Positions 39,299 to 51,424 of a stretch of 64,000 nucleotides of DNA are shown one piece after another. The notes beneath the pieces are model-generated. The model was not told the origin of the DNA. It did no database searches and was given only the letters and a program-made list of their open reading frames with translations. Each line of letters opens with the position of its first letter. Within the stretch, counting starts at the first letter, position 1. The translations under genes and the position numbers were made by a program. The stretch is from the NCBI GenBank assembly GCA_001949185.1, contig BDGG01000002.1, positions 2,539,826 to 2,603,825 of the forward strand, in the 5' to 3' direction. The stretch comes from Ramazzottius varieornatus (lineage: Eukaryota > Animalia > Tardigrada).

Positions 39299-40403
39299 GC
39301 CTTCTGGGGCTCGATTACGTGTTTTCTGGCCGTATGAAGCCAGTGCTATACGATGGCGTAGGTTATGTGCACGCCAAAAATAACTTCAGAAAATGGGCGT
39401 TGGATTATACCAGGTGAATTTGGCCAATCCAGTTTGGAAGTCTGACTGATGGAAATCATGATTGGTTGCTTGTGTATAAGACGCCCCGTCGATTTTCGGA
39501 AGTTAAATTTGTCGTACACATCACTGGCGAACTAAAAACGCACAGCTTTCTCGCTACTGGGGGAATACCTGCAGGAGCTCGCCATGTAGCCGTGAAACTC
39601 TGAGACTCAACGCTTTAGCGGAGCTTGGCGAAGCCTTCCACGGGCCACTGTAGCTGTGGCGAAAGATGATTCTTGCCGCGGCGAAGAACGGTAAAAATTC
39701 TTATTTCCGCTTCGCCGAGCCCTCTCTAGGTAGACGCCTGCGAAAACCGTACGTTCAAAACCACAAGTCGAAGAGCCCATGCCCAAAAGCTTGCCTTTAG
39801 TAACTGGGCACACCCCGTTGTACATCCTGTATCCGAGTCACGCCATAAGTATTAAGTTTGTCATGGTGAATCCTTGTTGACCAGATGAATGTACCGCAAT
39901 CAGTTTTCTCAAGTACCTGACAGAAAACCAACGGTCTGGAACCTTAACTGTAAGCGAGAAAAGCAGAAGACTTTGTTTATTCAATACGGTGAAAGCAAGT
40001 GAAAGTGTTTGCAAAGTGCCGTAACCGCCGAGTACACAAAGCATCATTGTGGATCGTAAACGCAAAGCGGCCACTATGCAAATCAGGACATGATTCATTC
40101 CAAATCCGGTTAGCTTAAAGACGTGAAAAAAGTGTAGGTAATAAAATGTGTGCGATAGCGATGCTTGTTGCTCGTTCAACAGCCAAACGTTCTTCGACTT
40201 AGGACAAGCTCCAGGCCTTATTTGATACCCATCGCACCGTCTGCACTTGATTCCAACAGCTGCTTGGCCGGAAATCGTTCTCGTGGTTTTGTCTTGAAGT
40301 TTTTCCAAATTTACGTTTGTAATTAAAAATCGGCTGTTCCGAACATCATCCGACTACGGAAACCGATACTTATACATCCCCCCTTACTGGACCGACTTTC
40401 AAA

Positions 40404-40963
40404 ATGAGCACCGTCGTACGAGATGCTGACAACGGTAATTCTTTCGGGAAGTCTCAGTACAAAACTCCAATGTTCTTTTTATTTTTTCATATTGATGCTT
40501 TCGGTTTTTGCCATTGGATGCGGATGATTCCTGTGGAAACTTGCTCTTCGATGACAGTACCTGTAGTGTTTTTTGAAATTGAAGTTGTTTTCATCAATTC
40601 ATTTTAGGTGAGCAGCAACAGTCATCGTCTGAGCCTGACTTGTCAGATCCAACGACAGTGGTAACCGAAGATGGCGTCACTAGCAATGACAACCAACTGG
40701 CAGACCACCTCAGCAGTCAAGCACACCATTCTCAGGCAACCGGTAATTTTCGCGAGCTTGAGATAAACCGCTTAGTTCCAGTTTACTTATTGTACTGTAT
40801 GGTGGATCTATTGTGCTTCACTTACAATAAGATGTTTGCAGAACCATCCCAGGAAACTACGGAAATGGTTAACCATGACGAAGTGAAGACCTTCATGCCT
40901 CAGAAACAACTGAAGAGCGGACTGTACACTAAGAACTACCACAGCGACTATAACGATTACTAA
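40404..40963 (+). CDS. Small hydrophilic orphan protein (95 aa, 3 exons)
   Basis: Exons 40404-40434, 40608-40742 and 40842-40963 with two phase-1 GT-AG introns give an open 288-nt frame; CAAAATG start context. Confidence 0.65.
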
Positions 40964-41732
40964 CTGATCTGCAGTGTCTCCACTTGCTGTTTTCCTTGTT
41001 TTTTTTGGACGAATTCCATGTGTATACTATGGTCTAACGTTCTTCATCCCTTGACATATTACGCACCACTGTCACAAAACTAATTTTTATGTGTATGTAC
41101 TCCCAAGCGTCTGCAGAGCTGCATCTCAGTCAAGTGCTCTCTTCCGAAAGCCTGGTATGGTTCTAGCATGTCAAAGCCGTTTCAAGAGAAGCTTATTCCC
41201 GATAGACGTCTCCTTCTGACAGTTACAGTACTTGGCAATGTGTTCACGTCAAATACGTCAACTCTCGTTTTGAAGCAGTATGGAATCTTCCTGATGTTGA
41301 TACATTGGCACATCCGCCTCCCTATCAAAAGACATACGGACTCTTAATGGGTATTCTGACAGCTCGTTGGCTCCTCTTCATTCACTCGGTGCTCTTTTTA
41401 ATTGCTCTTTCCTGTTTCATACAATTAACAGCAGCACAGGAAATGCCGTCATGCTGACATTCCTTCCGACATTGAATCCCACAGCAATCAACTCATTCTT
41501 TACACACGTTGGAACCATCCAGCGGAAAGTGACCAAAATAAAACGAACAAGCAACGTTTTTCCGATACGAAATTTATAGAGACGTCTACGGATGAACTGA
41601 TCCAGATCACTCCCTCAGGTGGCCCAAAGCATTTGGCCACGCCTCGTCTGAATATAATAATTACAGTTGTGCTGACATGGATAAATGGCGGCAAGAAAAA
41701 AAGTCGTTTGGCTACGTAGAGTTATTTCATCA

Positions 41733-43635
41733 TCATTGGGACGACGCATCGGAAAGGTCGGACCGGTTATCGTGTTCGGAACCGGTCAGACTGCGACTGT
41801 GGCTGCTGCTTCTGCTGAGGTTGCTGGCTGATCGTTCTATCGAGTTGCTCCTTGAGTTGTTGCTGTTCGGCATTCCGTGGTGGTGGTGAAGACCGTCAAC
41901 GGTGGCGGCCCAAGGCCGAAGATTTTGAAGGGCGTGTAGTGAGGCATTATTCATACACAAGGCATCGGGAGTATCAGTATAGGGGCCAGCCGCTTTGGTC
42001 ACTTCGGCCAATTGCGACAATAACATGCGATTGGCCGCTTGTCGATCGGCTTCGCGCTCTTCAGCAGTTTGCCGCCTGAAGACAAGATGGCTCATAAAGA
42101 AATCAATTACATGGTATCGATCTTGGATCTAAAGTGTAGACCGCAATAATTGGTCCGCCTGATAGGAATTATACTTTTAAATTATTTGGAGGCTCGGTAG
42201 GCAAACTCGACAAGGTTGTTCTCCCAAGTGACGCACTGTTCCAGCAAATTTTGGCTGCTTGTGTGCGCGACTTAGAAAAAGAACCTTGCCGAGTTCGTTT
42301 GCCGGAGTTGCGTTTCAGTTTGGTTGCGTAGGTCAATCGATTATCGGTTTCGTATTGAAACGGAAGTCGTTAGCAGATAAAAATTAATTTGATGGATGAG
42401 ATGCAGTAATGGACTTTAGACCAACTTACCGGTGCTTGGTGCGACGATTTTGAAACCAAGTTTTGACCTGCAGGCGAACAAGACAGCTTTTGACTAAGTA
42501 GGTGGAATCAATTAAACGATGTGGCGCGCAAAAACACGCGGTGATCAGAATGATGAAGTTGTTATGTTGGCACAGCACGAACCTATCAACGGAACGCTCG
42601 ATTAAGTTTTAGTTACCTGTGCGTCAGTCATTTTCAAGGACTTCGCTAGTGAAGCTCGCTCGGCCGAGGCCAAATACTTTTGCCGGTGGAATCGCTTTTC
42701 TACACACGATAAAACACCATCGTCACACACAGGCAAATGGGGAGCATGAAAGAGTGACAGCTTGACAATCGCCTGGCCAAGGAGGCATAGCACAGCAAGC
42801 CTAACTGGCTCTTGGTCACAATAAAATTCCCAGCTGTGGGAAAGTTACTGTGTTCCTTACCGAGTTCGCAAATTTGGATCCTGGTGAAAGAAGTGCGAGG
42901 CTTCTTGCGCTTAGGTGGCGTGCGGTTCTGGTAAGGATGACCGATTCGACGGGTCACTGCAAGACAAACCGTAGTAAAATAGGGCTGTACGATGAATTTC
43001 TACTTTAAAATGAGACTTAAGCAAATGAATTCACCCAGGTCGTTTGTCCAAGTGGCGCACGCACTAAGCCTGCAATAATGTGAACGTACGCCACCTGGAT
43101 AACAATCTGGGTAAAGGCACAAACGTTTTCCATTCGTTGGGCTCCCATGTTTCTTGGAAGTTCTCAGAGCAATATTGATAATTGTACTCGATCGCACGCT
43201 TGGACATTCAGGCTAACACTTACACAATCGTCGGGCAGGATCGAGCCACGGGTACGGCGGTACACCGGCATGTCCAGCTACGCTGAACATTGCGGGATGA
43301 GGTGGGATAACTCCACATGAGTTCACAGGTCGCTGTGCCGGCATTTTCAGGACATTCCCTCCATTCAACTGATTATAATAGTACTCTGAGGGATAATAGG
43401 GGGAGGAAGAATACAATAAACCGGCGGCAGCATAGGCGTCCTGTAATGACCCCAACACATTCTCATTCACGCATTTGCTCTGTACGGACTTCTCCTCGGA
43501 CGGCCCATCCTTCCTAATTTCACAGCTTCCTAGGATACTGTCAATGCTGAACGGATTACTGGACTTCTTCGTCTTGATATCCGGGGACCTTTCGCACTTG
43601 ATGGGTGTCGGGCGCTTGACACTTTGGACTTCCAT
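41733..43635 (-). CDS. Tlx: T-cell leukemia homeobox (Tlx/Hox11/C15) transcription factor
   Basis: eh1 motif FSIDSIL, hexapeptide [34 protein letters not shown]|[28 protein letters not shown]|[13 protein letters not shown]|[17 protein letters not shown]; five exons. Confidence 0.95.
42192..42307. repeat. Short hairpin repeat (GTGGCGCAC/GTGCGCCAC family) in a Tlx intron
   Basis: Imperfect inverted repeat; related copies near 23470-23575, 26712-26790, 36480-36560, 45540-45810, 56855-56930 and 58255-58420. Confidence 0.7.
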
Positions 43636-45539
43636 TTTGAAAAGAGGCGTTTGAGGGAGCGTTGTCGGCCGGTCGGACTTGATGAAGAGCAGAGTATGAA
43701 ACTAAACGATCGTCTCAATGTTTGAACGGTTTATTTACACTGTCAAAAATGAAACGGATATGGCTATTCATCACGGTGGAATACGTTCACGTTTCTTGAG
43801 TGTGTACGCTTTCGACAATCATCAGGCCCATCATGGTCTCTATCAATCTGTATGTGGCCCGATAGCTCAAACAGCGATTATTAACCACTCTTCCGCCCAA
43901 AGGCACCTCGCTTTAGTGTCGTATTGGCTCTTCACGGAACGAGTGGGAGTTGGTTAGTCTTTCCGGCACAACCCCCTCTTCTCAACCGTAAAACACACTA
44001 CTTCAAACACGAGAACGAAGCTTTCTGAATCCCAAACTTACCATGTTCGCAGCAGAATATCTCTCTTCTACATCGCCCAAGGAAACTACTGGGGAAAAAA
44101 AGCCGATCACGCTTTCCCACGGTTAGATTACGGGAAACTGAGCAAACGAAACGGAGAAAAGGTGAAAAGGTGAAAAGGTGTAGAAAAGTTGCGCCGCTGA
44201 AAACCGAGCTTGAGGTTTCCACTTTTCAATTTGCATTCGTTCCGATCTCAAACTTTTCACCTAAAATTAATCGGCATGTCAATTAGGCCCTTTGTTGCTG
44301 GTCGACTTGTGATAGATCATTTCCAAGATTTTTTTGCGCCATAAGGCACGAATACCGGTAGACTTGGTGACGTCGGCAGTCGGAACGTTGAAGGCTTAAT
44401 GGGAAAAGCATTGAGTGGCGATCAAGGATGTTAAGAGGACGGTGCACTACTCTGTGGTATGCGATATTGACTTGTTTTGATGAGTTAACATTCTCATAAC
44501 TGCCCACTTTGTGTATCGCTGTATCATAACTTCCATTAGGCCGCCTGAGAATAGCCTCTTCGGCTTGTGAACACTCTAGGAACCGCCTGCATGCCCACGT
44601 AATGGAAGCATCTTCATCGGCACCAAATGGCATCATTCGGACGACGGCACTTTAGGCACTGATTTAATCGAGTGCCGAGGAATCTTTCTCCCACTCCCGT
44701 CAAAAACGACCGGCAAATGGACCCTTTTCAATTAAAATTCTTGCACTTTGCATCACGAGGCTATATCAGCACAAACGACATCACCGAACTGTCGACATCT
44801 CACTGTGTCTTGTCATGGGAAATTCGCTTCCAAGTTCGAAGCCAATGTGCTTTCTCTTGGGTTGTTTGCTACGGTTTTCCGTGTACTCCTAAAAATGGAA
44901 AACAGCGTGAAAATTTTGTGGAAAAAATCTAAGAAGCTCTGTTGGGTTCTTCTTGAGACTTAGCGTGCCAAGAAAATTTTACGCGGATGTGGTCGAGAAG
45001 CGCACTAACTTCCGCACAATAAGGTCCATTGTATCGGGTTGTCACACCGGCTGCGAAAGACACAATCCCTTTTCCGCCTCCTCATCACTTTAATTGCCGG
45101 ACAATTCAGCCTTAATCGGTTCCGCCCATTGTGACGGACCATGGCAGCTCCCTTGGTGCCTTGACTTAGATACGGACAGGCGGTCCCCGGTGGCCATCCG
45201 TCGAGCTTATCCAAGCGTGACAGTTATCGCTGATTCAAAGGAGCTTTGTATACTTTGTGCACCATGACAAGAGCAGACATTGACTTTTAATGTCAGGTCG
45301 CATCACCGGCTTAAACACCAGGGAAAGCGTGCAATGATCAAAGGGCAATTTGTCTAATGAATAACTGCACACATAACAACATGTCGACTATATTGCTAGA
45401 TATGTTTCATGTTCAGCCTTGTCAAACGTCAGTATTGTTTCGCGAAGCAATTCCGGTGTGTGAAGTGTCATTCTTGACTGGTATATCTTGTACTGTGCAG
45501 GTGTTTGGGTTCAAACTTATTTGGACGGGGCAAAGGAAT

Positions 45540-45810
45540 CCACCCAGACCGTTCTCCCAAGTGGATCATCCTCGCACAAACAATGCAACAAATGTGCGCC
45601 ACTCGGGAAGGCGGCAAATGGATTTATCGGGAGATTTTTATCAAGTGGCGCACGATCAGATCCACCAACATACAAATTTGTGTCACCCTTGGTCGGCGGC
45701 AACTGAAGTCACTCAATCGTTCCTCAAGTGGCGCACGATCGCGCCAAGAAGAATGTGCATATGCGCCACTTAAGAGATCGGTCGAGGCGAAATCATTTGC
45801 CGACGTTCCA
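45540..45810. repeat. Tandem pair of hairpin repeats, same family
   Basis: CAAGTGGCGCAC ... TGCGCCACTT arms repeated. Confidence 0.65.
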
Positions 45811-45906
45811 TTTTGCCCTTGCTCCAATTTTTTTTTGATTTTGGCATGATCGTACTGTACAATCGGGTGCTAATGTCGCGGGTTGTGTAGCGGATGCAGT
45901 GAAACT

Positions 45907-45945
45907 GGTTAGTTTTCATGGTTAGTTTTCATGGTTAGTTTTCAT
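45907..45945. repeat. 13-bp tandem repeat (TGGTTAGTTTTCA) x3
   Basis: Directly visible in the sequence. Confidence 0.85.
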
Positions 45946-48900
45946 TGTATTAGAGAATTGCCCACGCGAACGACCACCAAAGACTTTCTTGCTCGTAATC
46001 GAGCGGGAAGAACTTGTACTACGGGTTTCGTCTCTTGAAGCAGTCTTGATGTACTGCTTGTGGCCAGTTTAAACGCTTGGCCGCGCCGTGTCCGTGAGAA
46101 ATGCAAGTTAATAAAGCAGAAAAACATCTCATGATTGCAGGATGCATCGTTGCTTTGACGGCGACAAGCTGTCATTTAGACATGGTGGCTATCACAAAAA
46201 AGCCAAAGCTTCGCGCTACGCCCAGTATTGATTTGGGCGTGGCGCGAAGAAATTATCACGTTTGGCGCCAAAACCTTGCAAAAAGTTCCGCCGCCAACTT
46301 CAGAGTAAAAAACTCTCAAGAATGAAGAATATCCAAACTGCCACCCGATTTTTATATTTTGTGCGGTGATTTATCGTCATTAAAATAATGCTACCTACTA
46401 ATTATCGTCGAATTCACGCGCAGCTGTTTGATTAAGATTACCATTTATCAACGCGACGTACCGCCTAAAAGGAGGTCAATTGTGACATTATGATGCAAGT
46501 TTACGGACATGATAGCTTGATCTGCAGCGGATGTGACATGTTTATCTCCCGAAGGCAGGCCGAAGATTACACAAATTACACAGTGGCCAATGGTCAACTT
46601 CAGCTCGCTTTGACATAACAGCTTGATGATCTTGAATGATATGACACCAGACAGTTAATCAGCGCGCAAGTACCGGAAAGACCACCTTTGTACGAGGCAT
46701 TCTTCTGGCCGTAACCCTAGTAAATTAACTAGTGTCTTGCTTTCATGATCCAGAAACACGATCCCGTAACTATCTTAAATACCCATCTGATGACGAACTC
46801 ATCGGGTTACCGAGATTGTGCTTAGGCAGTACGACCAGCGTGACATGCTCTAACCCTTCTGGTTACTGACATAGTTTCTGACATAAACGTGGAAAAGCGC
46901 CGAAAACAGCTCAGCAGATAAGTATGGTTCTCTGCGATCTACTGCACTATACTACTGTACTCTGAAACGTCTGTCTCACTGCTCCTGAGCCAAGGTTGCT
47001 GGATAGTAAAAAATACTCTCTGGACGCTCAGTTGTTTTCCGGTTTTGAAAACTCAGGCTTTTTCCGAGAGATTTCTTCTCCGACCAAAGCTCTTGTTTAA
47101 AAAAACCGGGTTTTGCGAGTGATTGAATTAGCTCGGGGAGAGGAGTCAGAGGACGTCAGGTATATAGCTTATACTTTGCATATTTGGATGGAGGAACTTA
47201 ATCGCGGCCACATTACAGCTCCCTGCGGGCGTCCACAGGCAGACAAGCCTCAGTGCGACGCCATGTAAGCGATAAGCACTATCGATAGCAGCTTGTTTTA
47301 AATGTTTAATGATGTGGTTAATTGATACTAAACAGTGGCTATCACCACTCTATCCAATAACCCAGTCACCGTGCCATGGTCGCCTACGTGGTATTTGTAG
47401 TGATGGACACTGGGCATGTCCAGCGCAACTGCACTTTTGGACCGTGGTCCGCTTGTCCAACTTCCATTAGCTTATCCTCGATGCAAAGTATCGATATCGG
47501 AAGTGTTAGAGTCTAATTTGCAAACATGATACTATCATCGACGACGTCTGCAGGCAGGCAGGCAGGCAGACGGGCAGCCAGGCGACTTCGCAAGAACGCG
47601 GGTAGAAGATGCAAGATATAGCAGGATGATTGTCCTGTTGATTGCTCGAACGCGACGACGGCTACCACTGATTGACCTCGGAAAAGAGCTCTGAATTACC
47701 GGAAGAATAGCTTATGGCACATTGACTCAAACGGCTCCCTTGTATGTTCCTAGAGCTAAACGAACTTTTAACGATTTTTGAAATTTTGAAAGTGGATGAG
47801 GTGGTTAGACACCTTGCTTCGGTGTCGATTAAATCCAGGTGTGAAAGTGAAATAAAACCAGAATTCAGACCAGTGGCAAATTTCTTGCGTCTTGTGTAGG
47901 AAAATGGTTTACAGGTGTCAAAAGACTGCATGGCGCCAGTGTTTGTCATAAGATTAAATCCACCTTGTAATTATCTATCTTTTTGCTCTTCATTTCCCGT
48001 CAGTCTTTGACCTCTTTAGACGTTATACTGTACCGTGTATTGTCCGTACATCTGAAGAAGACGTGCGCGACATGAACGGAAGGCTATCATTAACACTCGT
48101 TACTTCTGATTTGAGTTACTTTTAAAGGTATCGGCACTTTGGTCGATGAACGGTGGCTCGTGATCGCACGTACCTATAAACTGGCCCCAAGTGAGAATCG
48201 TGTGAGACAGTTCACAACGGAAGCTGACTGATGGATGCACACCATGTTGGTCACCAGTCATGATTTTGACATTGACCCCACGGATCATTAACGAGCGTGA
48301 GAAGAAAGAGTGGTTTCCAGCGGAACCCCCTTCTCGTGGTTCCCCAACGCTTCAGTGTACCGATCAATCACTAGAGACGAACTATCCGTCAACTGTGCCA
48401 CCAATGTAGCATCAGAAACCCTTCTGTAAAATTTTTGAGTTGACTCTTAGCCTGGTCGCCGCGATCACGACCAAAAGCCAAAACTTTCGGTAGGAACATA
48501 AGGCATTTGTCCGCTCTTATGGAGACACCCGGCAAGGAGCCTTGATTTCTATTCGAAAGAGCGTTTCCAGACGGAGAAATGGTTTCTCCAGTGATGTCAC
48601 TTTCATTACTACCGGTGATAAGGATATGTTTGTTTTGCGCGAGCACGTGTAACGGGACAGTCCATAAACTATGCACTCCATCAAGCTAATTGATTAAAGA
48701 ATAATCGTATCTTTCATTACGGTCGATTGTTTTCGGATCGTTTAATGCAACTGACCTCACATGGCGTTCATTGGTGGCCAATTAACACGGGTAAGGGCGA
48801 AAGACCCGACGGCCTGCTGTGGTTGCTGCAGGCTGAACCACGCGCCATAAGGTCATCATTATGGTTATCCTCAGACATCTGCCTTAATCTGCGGGTCATT

Positions 48901-49136
48901 AAGGTGATGATGTATGATGTCCAGAGCTTCAATTGACAGCACCTAAATGGCTTACATGGCGTCCTGCATGCCTTTACAAGCCTCAATCTCAATTCGAGTC
49001 ACATTTACGACTTATTTTCGGTACGGCACCCTAATAGAAACACTATATTTAGGATACACCGGCATAATGATTTTCGCTTCTTGATTTATTCGTAATCAAA
49101 TCTCGACCAGTAAAACATCACTACGTAAAGTTAATT

Positions 49137-50711
49137 TCAGGAATTACTGGAAACGGTAGTAGTACGTCTCCAAGTCCATTGTTTCTTTGTGGTGGAATCG
49201 GAGGTGTCAGAGTGAGGACTTGAGGTGCTCGTAGTAGTGACTGAGGTATCGACGCTACCACCGCTACTTATGCGAGGGTTTACAGCAGATGCTAGATAGA
49301 AGAAGAAGAGTAGATATCAATAGCCTGAACGCTTGTCCATGGGACGAGTGAATCTTGTGGATAGGAATTGTTCTGAGATCATCTACCTCCGCCGAAACCA
49401 TTTTGGCCGCCGAAGCCTCCAAAGTTAGTACCACCTGTAAATGGAACCATTGCAATCATTTTATAACTGCCGTATTTTACTGTTAACAGCCGAAGATATA
49501 ATAAAACTTTTCACTTTGAAAAAAAATTATCCCGGTTAAGTTTTAGTTTGCTGCAGTGGATGTTCTGTCGTGATGGCATAGGAAAGTACTTACCGAACAG
49601 TGAGCCTCCGAAGGGGCTTGCGCTGCCGCCAGATGGCGCTGATGACTGTCCACCTTGTGTACCTCCGAACGGCGAAAAGCTTCCGCTACCTCCAAAGGGA
49701 TTAAATCCACCGCTGTTTCCCCCAAACCCGCCAGCCGCCGGTGCAGGACTACCGCCACCCGTGTTGCCTGAAGAGCCGAAGAGGTTGTTCCCGCCAAAGT
49801 TAAAAGTCCCGAACAATTGAGGGAAGGAAGAACTACCTGAGCCGCCTGACTGGTTCGGTTGTGCGCTTCCCCCGAAAGAAAAGATCATAGGTGTGGCTCG
49901 TATATTGGTTTGTTGATTGCCATTGCCATCTGTGGTAGTATCAGAATTTGTTCCTTGTTGCACACCGGCTCTGATTGAGCTCGACCCACCTGTCTGGGCC
50001 CCTCGACCAGAGTTCTGTCCGGCTACTCCTGTGCTGCCCTGCAGCGACCCGGGGTTCGACGCGGGAGCCATTCCGAACCCTGAAAAGGATGGGAAGCCGC
50101 CATTGCCACTGTTGCCTCCAAAATTACCACCGCCGAAGTTACCACCATTGAATCCGCCGCCATTGAATCCGCTACCACCGAACGGGTTGAAACCTCCGCT
50201 TCCACCGAAAGATCCAAAGCTTTTAGGCGCATTTCCGGTGCTAGGGCTTAAAGTAGGACTTGATGCGGGTGCAGACGGAGCCTGTGACGGCGAAGGTGAA
50301 GGGGAAGGCGAAGGTGCAGGTGACTCCGTTGGACTCGCAACGGCTGGAGAAGGCTGTTGATTGTTACCCATGTTACCAAAGTTACCGAATCCGCTCATGG
50401 GGCTGCCGAAATTTCCAAAACCACCGGATCCGCCAGAGGGATTTCCGAAGCCGGAGCCGAAAGAGGGAAAACTGATGCCCCCGAAAGGCGAACCACCTGA
50501 AAAAGTTTATGAATTTCATCTTAGATTCCAGCACTCGTATGCATTCTAGCCATACAATTCCAGCAACAAGTCTCTCTGCGGTTGCTGGAGTCGGGATTAC
50601 AGACGAATTCGAGATCATTTTACGATACAGCGCACGCGTCTTACCTGAGCTTTCGCACTGGCAAAGTCCGAGCGACAATAAAATCCATATCATCGAAACT
50701 CTTGCGTCCAT
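49137..50711 (-). CDS. Secreted Gly/Ser/Phe/Asn-rich low-complexity protein (about 390 aa, 4 exons)
   Basis: Exons 50711-50645 (signal peptide MDARVSMIWILLSLGLCQC), 50496-49594, 49434-49387 and 49291-49137, all phase 1 and 1173 nt in frame; many FGG/GGF/NPFGG motifs, an (SP)n tract and a Thr/Ser tail. Confidence 0.8.
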
Positions 50712-51424
50712 TGCAGTGATACGTCCTTCTTGGCTACGACCAGACAGTAGACAAGATACTTCAAACACTTACAATTCGAACCAAAGATAGTTTTCGGCAA
50801 CCCTGGAAAATGAGACTGCGTCGAGGCAATAAATCATCGGCCGTCATGAAAATATTTCCTCGTCACTTTCCGAATGTGTGAGGAAATGGTATCGAGTGTT
50901 CAAGGCGACAAATAGAATTTTCGATTGCGCATAACCCGGTTGTGGTACATTTCCGTCTTTCCAAGCTCATAAAAACAAGTTATGACGTCGTTGCGCGATT
51001 GTTTCCGTTCCTTACAGCTGGGTATTTTGTGAGACAAAAACAAAATTATACTATGACTAAGACGGCACAAGGAAACCAAAACTGGTCGAAGCGGTTTTCT
51101 ACCAAGAAGCACGGAAGCACCTGTCCGCAACGAAGTATGGCTCCCGGCTCCTTTCGAAGCTTTTATGACGCTTACCGTCACGGCCTTTGTTGATCGGGTG
51201 CAATCTGAAGGTGATAACTTTTGTATCTGCGGAGGATGTAAGTTTTGCTGAAGAGACCATTGTATCAGTCACCGGATACGAGTATTTATCATCCTTGGGT
51301 CCAGGCTTCCACGCTCTCACGTATACTTCTACAGCAGAAACCTTCGAGACTACTTTAATCTCCACGGTTCAGTGCCGATTAGCCTTCATTTCCGCGTGGA
51401 TCGAAATCCGCTACATTTTCCAGG

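Noticed and set aside
49548-50549. Pro-rich plus-strand ORFs (collagen- or extensin-like)
   Set aside because: Antisense shadows of the Gly-rich minus-strand gene.
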